A stretch of DNA of 64,000 nt from Azolla caroliniana (taxonomy: Eukaryota > Plantae > Polypodiophyta). Each line of letters opens with the position of its first letter. The first letter of the stretch is position 1. Shown here in pieces: positions 11,090 through 23,600 of the stretch. The DNA is taken from assembly GCA_043228905.1 (NCBI GenBank), contig JBHGNT010000009.1, positions 4,960,001 to 5,024,000 on the forward strand, given 5' to 3'. The notes under the pieces were generated by a model. That model was not told where the DNA came from. It saw only the letters and a program-made list of their open reading frames with translations, and did not search any database. Both the position numbers and the translations under genes were made by a program.

Positions 11090-14000
11090 AACAACTTCAA
11101 TGAAGAGAGCAAGGCTCATGAGCTCTGGGAGAAGATCGGCATTATGTTTCAAAACAAAAATGTTGTTAATTAGGTTTCGGTATTCCGGAAGCTTGTAAGA
11201 CTCCGGTACCAAGATGGCTCCAGCATGGCGGAGCACATGAATGCTTTCCAGGGGTTGATACACCAGGAAACATCGTTGGAAGTACCTCTCGCCGATGAGG
11301 TTCGCTACTCCTGCTCGGTTCCCTCTCGAATAGCTAGGAGACGTTGGTTGTCCCTTTGGGCAACGTCGGGCCGGAAGGGAAACGGTTATCCCTAGCAAGA
11401 GTGAAGTCGAACTTGCTAGATGAGGAGGCGCGTCGGAAAGATAAGGATATGAGCTCCGACCCCAAAGCGCTCCTTACCGAATCGGAACGCGGAAGACAAA
11501 GAAATCATAGTCCCCAGAACCGGGAAAAGTCGGGGACACGGTCAAAGTCAAGGGGGAGGCCTACTTGCTTCTATTACGGCAAGCAGGGACACTTCCAGAA
11601 GAACTGTCGGCATTTCCAAATAGACAAGGAAACCGATGGTACCGATTCGAAGTGGACACCGAACCGGAACGATAAAGACCGGAGGGGGCCGGACCGGAAG
11701 GGAACGACGGCAATCGCGGTAAGTGAAGAAGAGTTGATGCTTATCACCGAGGAGAGTGAGCTAAACCTTGCCGGCGACGAGATGACCTGGGTGGTCGACT
11801 CCGGAGCATTGTTCCACCTTACCCCGGACCGGAAATGCTTCTCATCCTACTCAGTCAGTGATCATGGCTGTGTCCGGATGGGGAATGAAGGTACATGCCG
11901 AATTTTTGGCATAGGAGACGTGTGGCTGGTACCACCAACCGGATGCAAGCTGCTGCTGAAGGATGTCTGACACGTTCCGGAGGTTCGTCTAAACCTGATA
12001 TCAGCCGGTCGGCTAGATGATGAAGGCTACACGGGTAGCATCCGGAATGGTGCTATGAAGTTCAGCAAAGGGAGCCTAATTGTGGCTCGGGCCCGGAAGG
12101 TAAACACATTGTACCTGATGAATGCCCGGTTATGTCCGGAGGAAGTGAACGTGGCATCTGACACTGCCGGTGAGGTGTGGCACAAAAGGCTGTGTCACAT
12201 GAGTGAGAAGGGGATGAAGAGGCTTGTAGACGACAACCTCATTCCAGTGAAGAACGTGCACTTGGAGAAGTGCACTGATTGTCTGGCCGGTAAGCAAAAC
12301 TGGACCTCCTTCCGAACAAGGCCACCGATGAGACGTAATGCACCACTGGAGTTGGTGCATATTGATGTGTGTCAAGTGGACACGAAGTCACATGTAGGAT
12401 CGCAGTACTTCGTGACGTTCATAGATGACCACAGCCAGAAGCTGTGGGCCACACCGTTGAAGATGAAGGATCAGGTGCTATCCGTCTTCAAAGAGCTCCA
12501 CGCGAGAGTGGAAAGAGAAACCGGCCAGAAGCTGAAGGCGGTTCGAGCAGATAATAGAGGCGAATACCGGGGGCAGTTCGAGGAGTACTGTTGCTCGAAG
12601 GGAATCCGGCTCGAATTTACCGTGCCGAAGACGCCGGAACTGAACGGGCTGTCTGAGAGGATGAACCGGACCATAATGGAGAGGGTCCAGACTATGTTGG
12701 CGCATGCAAAACTACCCAAGAAGTTTTGGGCTGAGGCATTGTCGACGGCGACATATGTGATAAATAGATCACCCTCAGTACCCTTGGACGGAGACACGCC
12801 ACAGAGAGTGTGGACCGGTAAGGAAGTATCCTACCGGCATCTGAAGGTGTTCGGGTGTCTCGCGTACGTGCATGTAGCTAAGGACCGGAGAGGAAAGTAC
12901 GTGCATGCATATTCCTCGGTTACGGTGACGATGAGTTCGGCTACAGAGTGTGGGACCTGGTCGACAAGAAGGTATTCCGGAGTCGAGATATTATCTTCAT
13001 GGAGGACAAGACGCTCGCCGACTGGGAGTCGTAGAAGAAGATAATGAACTCCGAGTCGACCAGTAAGGATCGACTCTACAATGAGCAGACCCAACCGACA
13101 AGAGATCGGTTAGCACTCGAGGGACCAGCCGGTTACGGTGAGAATACCGAACAGGCTGAAGAAGAAGTAGAGGAAGCTGAAACCGGAACCGGCCAAGACC
13201 CCAAATCGGATTCAGATGAAGAGCAAATGGAGGAGCCGGCTACCGAAGCCCGAAGACGGAGATATCTTCTCAGAGAGAGAAGGGCGCCCCGGAGATTTCC
13301 GGATGCAGAGCATGTTCTGCTCACCGATGAGGGGGAGCCGGAAAGCTTCGAAGAAGCGAAGGATGACACCCATAGCCGCAAATGGTTAAGTGCCATGCAG
13401 GATGAGTTGGATTCCCTGCATGAGAACCATACGTACGAATTGGTGGAGTTGCCGAAAGGAAAGCGGGCACTCCGAAAGAGGTGGGTGTACAAGTTGAAAC
13501 CGGGAGATGCCGGCAACCCCTCGAGATGCAAAGCCAGGATCGTGATGAAGGGGGTTCCAGGAGAAAAAGGGCGTGGACTTTGACGAGATATTTGCCCCGG
13601 TAGTAAAGATGACCTTCATCCGGACGGTGCTGAGTATAGCGGCAAGCATGGACCTCGAGGTAGAACAGCTGGACCTCGAAGAGGAGATCTACATGCAACA
13701 ACCGGAGGGATTCGTGTAGAAAGGGAAGGAGCACCTGGTATGCTGGCTGAAGAAGAGCCTGTACGGACTGAAGCAGGCTCCCCGACAATGGTACCAGAAG
13801 TTCAATTCCTTCATGACCGATCAAGGGTACCACAAGACGCAGGCCAATCACTGCGTGTTTGTGAAGAAGTTCGAAGGAGGCGACTTCCTGATACTCCTTC
13901 TGTACGTGGACGACATGTTGATCGTCAGACGGGACCAAGCCAAAATACAGATGCTGAAGAAGGCTCTCAACCGGACCTTCTCAATGAAAGACTTGGGTCC

Positions 14001-14880
14001 GGCAAGACAGATGTTGGGGATGTATATTATTCGGAACCGGTCAATGAAGCAATTATGGTTGTTATAGGAGAAGTACGTGACAAAGGTGCTTCAGTGGTTC
14101 AACATGTCAGATGCAAAACCGGTCGGATCGACACTTCCGGCAAATTGCAGGCTATCCGGTAAGCAAAGCCTGAAGACGAAAGCAGAGAAGGCGGATATGA
14201 TGAAGATTCCATATGCCTCTCCTGTCGGGAGCTTGATGTACGCAATGTTGTGTACCCGACCGGATATAGGATACGCAGTCGGAGTGGTGAGCCGGTTTAT
14301 GAGCAATCCTGGCAAGGAGCACTGGAACGCGGTCAAATGGATACTCCGGTATTTGAAGGGCACTTCAAATATGTGTCTCCGATTCGGCTCCGGAAAACCT
14401 CAACTTGACGGTTTCACCGATTCGGACATGTCGGCTGATGTGGATACCAGCCGGTCTACATCCGGGTATGTAATGACATATGCAGGGGGAGCTATCTCGT
14501 GGCAGTCAAGGCTGCAAAAGACGGTTGCATTGTCAACCACGGAGGCGGAGTACATGGCGGCTGTGGAAGCCGGCAAGGAAATATTATGGATGAAGGACTT
14601 CATCGGAGAGCTCGGTATCCGGCAAGATGTATACCAACTCTATTGCGACAGTCAAAGTGCCATCCATCTTGCTAAGAATGCGGCCTACCATTCCCGAACG
14701 AAGCATATCCAGCGAAGATATCACTGTATCCAGGAAAGAGTAGATGACCAGGAGTTCGCACTGACGAAGATCCACATGGCCGAGAACGGGTCAGATATGT
14801 TGACCAAAGTGCTGATACCCGACAAGCTGGATGCATGCCGGAAGAGGATCGAACTAGTAAGAGACCCCATGCCGGAGTGA
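10877..14880 (+). pseudogene. Second copia gag-pol polyprotein (stops and frameshifts)
   Basis: Fragments 11344-11970, 12055-13044, 13044-13583, 13813-14067 (LLLYVDDML) and 14077-14880 (RNase H: FTDSD..SWQSRLQ..STTEAEY..CDSQSAI..SRTKHI). Confidence 0.9.
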
Positions 14881-14890
14881 AGGGGGAGTT

Positions 14891-15277
14891 TGTTAGGAGA
14901 CAAGTCCCTCCGGATGGGAAGGGAGAAGAACAGTGCTGATGAACAAACCGGATGACCAATACCCGGCTACGGAGAGCCGGATGGTGCAGACCCGGTGAGA
15001 ACCGGATGAGGAGTACCCGGCTACAGAGAGCCGGATGGTGCAGACCCGGTGAGAACCGGATAAGGAGTACCTGGCTACGGAGAGCCGGATGGTGCAGACC
15101 CGGTGAAGAGTGCTCACCGGATGAAGAGACATATTCGTAAATATGTTTTTGAGAGTCCATCATGGCTATATTTGTAAATAGCCGAAAAGTGATATTAATA
15201 TAAATATGACTTAGGGCAAACTTTTAGAGGTGTTGTTATTCTTGTTGGTGCAAGAAGAGAGAGAGTGCATAACCGTG

Positions 15278-15314
<37 letters not shown>

Positions 15315-15587
15315 GTCGTTGCCTCTGTTGAAACTGCCGCCTGTGGCGAAGATCGTGAGCACGAGGTCGTTGCCTCCGTGAACTCACTGTTGTACATTCT
15401 AACATAGTGATAGTTTGCAGCCTATGGGCTGCCGTGGTTTTTTTTCCCCTAGTTTGGGGTTTTCCACGTAAACATCCTGTGTACTCTTCTCTTCTTTGTG
15501 TCGTGCATTTATTTCCCGTTTTCTGTATAGGATTCTAAGCTCGGTTGTGGCCGAGCGTTGCGTATAGGGAGCGTGCAGTTCCTGTCA
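14891..15587 (+). repeat. 3' LTR of copia 8364-15587
   Basis: TG..CA termini; 3 copies of the 54-bp unit; (AG)n tract. Confidence 0.95.
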
Positions 15588-16231
15588 GCTCTTCAGCGAG
15601 TATTAAGTCGGTCGACTAGCTCAGATTCTATTTCGATCAACTCGATTTCTACTCGATTCTGTTGAACATCGACTTGGCTCGATTCGGTAGTTGGAGACTT
15701 ATTCTCAATCTCCCAATCGACAATTGTCTTTTCCTCCATGAAGACAATCTCGCGGCTCCGGATCACTTTCTTCTCAACTAAGTCCCATAGCCGATAGGCG
15801 AATTCATCATTGTCGTAGTCGAGAAATAGGCACGTTCGGCTCTTGGGATCGAGTCACCCCTCTTCTCCTTAGCTATATGCACATAGGCCAAGCAACTGAA
15901 TACTCTTAGATGTTGATATGACACCTCTCTGCCGGACCATACCCTTTGTGGTATGTCACCTTCTAGTGGGACCGAGGGAGACCTGTTTATCACATAAACA
16001 GTTGTCATCAACGCCTCAACCCAATATATATATTCGGCAATTTCGTGTATGCCAACACACATTGGAATCTCTCCATGATAGTCTGGTTCATTCGCTCGGC
16101 CATCGCATTTAGTTCCGGCATTTTCGGCACTATGTATTCTAGCCAAATACCTTGAGTTCGGAAATACTCTTCGAATTGCCCTCGGTATTCACCGCCATTG
16201 TCTTCTCGGACTGCCTTCAGTTTTCGGTCGT

Positions 16232-17052
16232 TTCCCACCATCTCCGCAAGGTCGTCGTCTTCCGACTCCATTCTCCCTTGCCGCCCTTCACGTTGGGTTC
16301 ACCAAATATGTCACATTGTTACGCGCGTGCGTGTAGAAGGGCGGGACCACGGGGATCTCGGACTAGGGAAGAAGGGAAGCCGAGAAGACGATTCCGGGCG
16401 CGTTCCGGAAGCAACCGAACGGGAGAGAGAAAGAGAGAGAGCGCGCGCTTGAACCCGACTCACACCCACACACACACACACCACGCCGACCCTACTCACG
16501 CCCTTATGTACAGACACGGAGGTAAGAGAACACCAAAAACACCCGCACAAACACCGAACCCCAACAGACACATGAGTATGCACAGACAGGCGCAAATGTA
16601 TATATATAAATGGAAGAATACATTCCTGGCTTTGAGCCGGACCAAGGTAGGTTACAGCAGTCGTCGGCTGCCAAGCTGCCGGTCGGGGAGCTCACGGGCT
16701 TGTCCCACCGAGCAGGGTCTTGCGCAGGAGACGAGCTAAAGCAAACCCTAAGCGAACACGAAGGGCGGAGAAGAAGAAGAAGAAAAAGAAGGAATGTAAC
16801 TAACCCTAAATCTAACGGTATACCCTCTAACGCAAAATGGGCAACCCCTTCACAAAGGGCGCTCCCTTCCTTTTATAGAACAAGGAGAGTGATGCGTTAC
16901 AATGTGGGATAAATCCCGACTTACATGGGATTGTCTGTCCTGACTTGACTCCTACTATTCACACGTTTATACAAGGGTGAGTGCACATGGTGCACACCGC
17001 CGATTCTCTCGATATTCTTTGAGTCTGCCTAGGGATGGTTTTCTCCACAACA
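16232..17052 (-). mobile_element. Truncated LTR element (5' LTR, tRNA-Trp PBS, gag start) inserted in copia integrase
   Basis: LTR 16309-17052 with TG..CA. 16287-16304 TTCACGTTGGGTTCACCA resembles the plant tRNA-Trp 3' end. Host integrase resumes at 17053 (compare 23655ff). Confidence 0.75.
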
Positions 17053-18302
17053 ACGGATAATACTTGATCCTTCATCTTCAACACAGAAACCCACAACTTC
17101 CGGCTACAATCATCTATGAAGGTCACGAAATACTAGGACCCAACATGAGACTTCCTGTCCATGTAGCATATGTCCGTATGCATGAGTTCCAGCGGCATTT
17201 TCTTCCTCATCGGGGTCCTCGATCGGAACGAGGTTAGATTATGTTTGCTGGCCAGGCCTTCGACACACTTGTCGAGATGCACTTTCTTCATCTCCGGTAG
17301 GAGTTCTTTTTCGGCTAGCACCTGCATCCCCTTCTGGCTCATGTGGCACAACCTCTTATGCCACAACTCACCGGATGTGTCAACTACCACGTTTACCTCA
17401 TTTTGGCGTAATCGAGCATGCATCAAGTACAATGTGTTTGTCTTCCGGGCTCGAGCCACAATTAGGCTCCCTTTGTAGAACTTGATGACGTCATTCCGGA
17501 TGCTACCCGTGTAGCCTTCGTCATCCAGCCGATCGGCTAATATCAAGTTCAATCAAACTTCCGGAACGTGTCGTACATCTCTCAACACAAGTCTACACCC
17601 GGTTGACGTTACCATACACACATCTCCTATGCCAACATTCGGCATGCACCTTCATTTCCCATCGTTACAAATCTGAGATCTCCAACTCTGTAAGAAGAGA
17701 AGAATTTCCGGTCGGGGGTTAGGTAGAATGATGCACCAGAATCGACCACCCACGTCAATTCATCGCCAACGAGGTTTACTTCGTTTTTCTCACTGATGAG
17801 CAACAACTCCTCCTCACTTGTCACTATTGCCGAGGTGTTCTTGCTGACCGAAATCTTCTTCAACTCCCCCTTTTTCCTTTCAGAAATGTTGGTAGTTCTT
17901 TTGGAAGTGCCCCGACTTCCCATAATAGAAGCACGTGGGCCTTCCCCTCGACTTCGACCTTGTCCCCAACTTATCTCGATTCTGGGGACTTCGATTTTGG
18001 CCTCTTCCTCGATCCGTGTCACTTTTCGTGACGAGGGTCTTCGGGTTGGAATTGGACTCTCGGCCCTTCCAGCGAGATTCTTCATTCAATAAGCTCGACT
18101 TCACCTACTCTAGGGATAACTGGCAGCCAGAGATCTTTGCACATGAGCATGTCCCGTATCTTCGACTTCCACACTGAGTAGTTGGAGCCTGTTAACTTGA
18201 ACATACCGCCAAATGAGTCTTCCATCGCTCTGATACTACTTTGTTAATAATCAACCGGCCACAACCGGTTTCACGTTCGTATGCAAGTGCAAAGAAACGA
18301 GC

Positions 18303-20294
18303 TTACTTGAGCATCACTATCAACCAAGGCATCTTTGATGTGAAACCCTTGATGGAAACCGGGATGGTTGGCCATATGTCCTTTAGATCTTCTACTTGCA
18401 CGATCCCCATGTAATGCACGGTCTTCTGACTTTGGTGGATACTTTCAAGCTTTCCCCTCCCCTTTCGTAATGTGGGAGATAATTGGAGAAGTTGTGGCCA
18501 TGTTATCCTTGGTCCACTTGATATCAATTCACGCTTCAGATTGAAAGCTTCTACACTTTCTCCTATAGGAATATCATCCATCTTTATCTTCCTTCTAGAG
18601 TTTCTCCTTCTCAATTTCTCCTCTTTCTCATTCTCCTTCGACTTCTTCTTTTGCCTTGAGGCACTAGATTCTCCTTCTACTTCTTTCTCCCTTTGCGTGA
18701 CTCTTGTCCTTTTCACAGGAACTACTTCACAAGCATTATCACTATCATCAATAAAATTAAGAAGATTCACATTATCACTATGCGTGGGAACTTGAGCCAT
18801 ATGAAGGGCTATGGCTTCACCTCCTTCTACTCCATTATTGATAGGTCATTGCCCATTCATTTGCAATTGATACATGCAACTTCCCATACCACTTTGTTGT
18901 TGATGAGGACATCTTGTTGAGATGTGTCCCCTCGCTTGACAAGAATAAAAAATTACACCTTGATGCTCTCTGAACCCACCGCCATACGGAATAGAGTTGT
19001 GAATTGTTTGGGATTGTCGCAAGTGAGCCATCACTTCATCAAAGCGTTGATTCACCAAGGCCAGTGTACCTTGTTCACTCTTTACTTGCTACATTTCTTG
19101 AGATACACTTGTTGGGTTTATTGTTGTGGTAGTATACACATTTGGAAACACTTGTCCACCATGCACAATTGAAGATGAGGCCTGAACGTTGGCACAAGGC
19201 ATCAAGTTTGCACCCAAAGCCGTCATTTGGGGGTCCCCCATGGAACTCATCATCTTCACTTGTCGATCATAAGATTGACAACTTGAATAAGAGCTTGAAA
19301 AGATGTAGGATCCTTCAAGTTTGCCTCCAAACGGAAATACATGTCAATACCCATCTTGAATCGTTCCATCTTAAACCACTCCTCTTCAATGCCATCACGA
19401 AGAAGAATCCACGGCGTCCACAAATCCTTGAAATTTCTTTCATACTCAATGAAACCAAGAGGTGATTCCATCTTTAGTTGAAAAAGTTCTTCTCTTACTT
19501 CGGTTTCATTGTAGCTACCAACAAGGGAAACTTTTCATTGTCAGTGATGCGTCCATAGAAATGGCATGATGCTCAAAGGATGCCAACAATGCACCAGCAT
19601 CTTGTATTCTTTCACCCGAAAACGTGAACTGCATTCCTAGGTTAATGTAATACACTAACACCAAGAAAGAATAGGACCTCCCTCCTATACGAAAAGTATC
19701 AACCCTCATTGGAGCGCCAAAATGATAAGGTGTATGACACAAATGATAGTTGTACACAATATGAGGGCTTGACCAAACCGATTAGAGAGAGTTGTGAATT
19801 ATAATAGATTATAGATTCCAAGATGGCTAAAAATTAGGGAGAGACACTCAATAAATTAAGAGAAAAGATAGAGAAGACGAGAAAGAGATAAGAATGCTAT
19901 AATATTCTACTATTGAGACAATACAAATGGGATAAAATCCAAATTCAACCAAAGAACCAAAGAACTTCTAAGCTTCCAATCACTCAAATCCACAAATTTC
20001 TTTCCTTATTCTACCTTCATCCCTTTCCTCCTTCAACTATCCTTCTTTATTCTCACTCCTAAGATTCTACCCCTTCTAAGACTCCCTCATCTCACTTTTT
20101 ATAATCTTCTTCTTCCCATCTTTTCCAACTATCTCTCATCCCCGTTTCTATCGAGTCTCTTCTTACTTCTTGTCTCTTCCCTCCCCCACTTCCTCTCTTT
20201 TTCACGCTCTTTACAAAAAAAAATCACCTCCTATTTTTAGCTATGACACAGTGACCTTCTCAGCCTTATATCCCTATCATCCGAGCTCCAAATT
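18303..20294 (-). mobile_element. Non-chromovirus Ty3/gypsy remnant: gag fragments, PBS-like site and part of 5' LTR
   Basis: ITWPQLLQLSP motif and degenerate zinc knuckle FYSCQARGHISTRCP. PBS-like TGGCGCTCCAATGAGGG (19703-19719) lies 3 nt from an LTR end at 19723. The LTR appears to continue at ~33520-33966. Confidence 0.65.
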
Positions 20295-20500
20295 ATATGT
20301 TTTAGACCGTGAGTTCGGTACAAGGAGTGCGGGCGGTATACAATCGGTGGGTGTATGTGAGAGGGAGAGTGAGAGTTAAACAATACAAATGTGAGTGAGA
20401 TATATATATATATATATATATACAAAGTTGAGAGAGAGAGAGAGAGAGATACACTAAAAAACTAATTCATATTAAGAAACTTAATAGCTAATACAAACAA

Positions 20501-20558
20501 ATGGTCGATGTGGCAGACTAGTTTCGCTCCTACGGAGCTCATTAGTGCACATGACCAT
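20501..20558 (-). ncRNA. Type I hammerhead ribozyme motif A (core G5A variant)
   Basis: Minus strand: ATGGTC-ATGTG-CA CTAATGA GCTCC-GTA-GGAGC GAAA CTAG TC TG-c-CACAT-c-GACCAT. Stems I and II pair; stem III is the minimal palindromic form. Confidence 0.8.
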
Positions 20559-20595
20559 GTAGAATTTGAGGGGTCTATATAGGGAAGATATGGGA

Positions 20596-20630
<35 letters not shown>

Positions 20631-20662
20631 GACCAAATGGTCGGAACAAGGAGTGCGTAAAG

Positions 20663-23600
20663 TGTCGAGAAGCGTGACTGGCCACAACCGACTTCTCATT
20701 CAGATGTTCGGGTGCAGGGAATGTAAAGTAGAATGCACTCAAACAGAGTACGAAAATAGAAAGGGCACAAGAGACAGAAACACACAATTTTAGGTGGAAA
20801 CCCGAAATGGGAAAAAACCACAGGGGTCCACAAACCTTGAGAAACAGAATCACTATGCTAAAGGGAGGAGTACAACTAGAAGCTCCGAGGCAACGACCTC
20901 GAGATTCTACTTCGTCAACAGACGGCTACAGAGTTACACACGCCCTCACTCTCACTCACTTATTGTTACACAGTTACAGAGGCAACGACCTTCTAAGTAA
21001 CTTTTTAACAATAACTCATCATCACATTATGATTTCCCTAAGTACTTATACTAGTACACCTTTTGGGTTATTTACAAGTGTACCCCATAAGGGCATATTT
21101 AGACTATTTACAAGTATAGTCTTCCGAATTGGCTGTCTACACGATTTTGATTTCGGTTTCGGCCTCGACCTCGGCCTATCGGCTCTTCTCTTCCCACCCA
21201 GAGGGACCCATTTCCTAACAAATCCACCTTCATTCTGGCATGGGGTACTGCACCAATCCGATCTTCCGTCAGCACGCGCTCAGCTTTTCGGCTAGTAACA
21301 CTTTAGTCAACATATCTAATCCATTTTCGGCCGTGTGGACCTTCACTAGAGAGAATTCCCTTTCTTCTACCCTCTCCCGGAGCCAATGATACCTTCGTTG
21401 GATGTACTTTGTCCTCGAGTGGTAGACGGCATTTTTCACAAGGTGGGTGGCACTCTAATTATCGCAATAGAGTCGGAATTCTTCTTTTCAAATTCCCAGC
21501 TCACTGATAAAATCCTTCATCCATATGATTTCCTTGCCGGCTTCCGTTGTGGCCATGTACTCGGCATCCGTGGTCAACAACGCCATGGCCTTCTGCAACC
21601 TCAATTACCACGAGACAGCTCCCCCTGCATATGTCATTACGTATCTGAACGTGGATCGGCTGGTATTTGCATCAGCCGACATGTCTGAATCCGTGTAACC
21701 TTCCAATGTGGGGTTACCTGAGCCAAAATGAAGACACAAGCTCGAGGTGCCTCTTAGGTACCGAAATATCCATTTCACGGCACCCCAATGCTCTTTCCCG
21801 GGATTGCGCATATATTGGTTGACCACTCCGACGGCGTATCCAATGTCCGGCCTGGTACACACCATTGCATACATCAGGCTTCCAACCGCTGAGGCATAGG
21901 GGACTTTTGACATCTCGGCCTTTTCGGTTTTCGATTTCGGACATTGATCTTTACTCAACTTGCAGTTCGTCGGCAATGTCGAGCCAACCGGTTTTGCGCC
22001 TTCATACCGAATCTCTAGAGCACCTTTGTCACATATTTCTCCTCTGACAGCCATAGCAATTTCTTTGTTTTGTCTCGAACAATGTGCATGTACCCAGGAT
22101 TTGCTTTGCCAGACCCATATCCTTCATCGAGAATGACCCGTTCAAGGCCTTCTTCAGTGCTTGGATCTCCATATGGTCCCGTCCGACAATTAGCATGTTG
22201 TCCACATACAACAAAAGGATGAGGAAATCTCCTCCATCGAACTTCTTCACAAATACGCAGTGATCGGCCTGCGTTTTGTGGTACCCGTTTTCGGTCATGA
22301 AGGATTCAAATTTTCGGTACCATTGTCGTGGAGCCTTCTTCAACCCGTACAGGCTCTTCCTCAATTGGCATACCAGGTTTTCTTTACCTTTCATTACGAA
22401 TCCTTCCGGTTGCTACATATATATCTCCTCTTCGAGATCTCCGTGCAGAAACGTCGTCTTAACATCCAATTGTTCGACTTCGAGATCCATGCTCGCCGCA
22501 ATGCTCAACACGGTTCGGATGGATGTCATCTTCACTACTGGGGCAAATATTTCATCCAAATCCACGCCCTTCTTCTGTTGAAACCCTTTTACGACAATTA
22601 TTGCTTTGTATCTGGGTGGCTTTCGGCCATCTCCCGGTTTCAACTTGTATACCCACTTATTTCGGAGTGCCTTCTTCCCCTTCGGCAACTCGGTCAGTTC
22701 GTATGTGTGGTTCTCATGCAAGGAATCCATCTCCTCTTGCATGGCACATAACCACTCGCGGCAGTGGGTATCTTTCTTGGCTTCTTCGTAGCTTTCCAGC
22801 TCCCCCTCATCAATTAGCAGTACACGTTCTTCATCCGGAAATCTTCGGGGGGCTCTTCGCTCTCTAAGGGGGTATCTTCGGCCTGTGTTCGGTATAGTTA
22901 GTTCATCTTCAACCTCTTCGGCCGAGTCAATTTCGGTTCCTCGTTTGGCCGATTCCCCTTGATCATCAGATGTTTCTCGATTTTGCCGAGTATTAGATCG
23001 ATCGACTGGTACGGTTTGATTTTGATCAAACCATCATCTACACGATCCAGTCGAGCATCGACTCGGCTCGATTCGGTGGTTGGAGACTTTTTCTCGTTCT
23101 CCCAATAAATCATTGTATTCTCTTCCATGAAGACAATGTCTCAGCTCCTAATCACCTTCTTCTTGGCTAAATCCCATAGTCGATAGCCGAACTCATCATC
23201 GCCGTAACTAAGAAATATGCACGACCGAGATTTCGGGTCTAATTTCCCCCTCTAGTCCTTTGCCACATGCACAAAGGCAAGACAACCGAACACCCTCAAA
23301 TGTCGGTATGACACGTCTTTGCCACTCCACACCCGTTGTGGAATATCACCGTCCAAGGGTACTGAGGGTGATCGGTTTATCACATATGTTGTTATCATTA
23401 GCGCCTCAACCCAGAACATTTTCGGTAATTTCACATGTGCAAGCATGCTTCGGACTCTCTCCATTATGGTCTGATTCATTCTCTCGGCCAGCCCATTCAA
23501 CTCTGGCGTTTTTGGCACGGTATACTCAAGCCGGATTCCTTCTTTTCGGCAATATTCTTCAAACGGTCCACGATACTCTCCGCCATTGTCCGCTCGGACT

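Larger units (their letters stand above)
8364..15587 (+). mobile_element. Ty1/copia LTR retrotransposon with both LTRs and a duplicated gag-PR-INT region
   Basis: TSD GCTCT at 8359-8363 and 15588-15592. 5' LTR 8364-8996 (TG..CA); PBS TGGTATCAGAG at 8999 (tRNA-iMet); PPT GAAGGGGGAG before the 3' LTR 14891-15587. Domain order gag-PR-INT-RT-RH. Confidence 0.97.
6382..18301 (-). mobile_element. Ty1/copia element (decayed host of two nested insertions)
   Basis: 3' LTR 6382-6944 followed by PPT. RT/RNase H 6960-8290; integrase 15590-16230 and 17053-17560; PR/gag to ~18225. Degenerate iMet PBS ~18226-18240. 5' LTR stub 18242-18301 matches 6382ff. Confidence 0.88.

Noticed and set aside
14945-15125. 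CRISPR-like arrays (also 1460-1635, 31221-31405, 63396-63515)
   Set aside because: Head-to-tail repeats without unique spacers, inside eukaryotic TEs, with no cas genes.
16287-16304. tRNA-Trp gene
   Set aside because: Only the 3' 18 nt including CCA, next to an LTR end; this is a primer-binding site.
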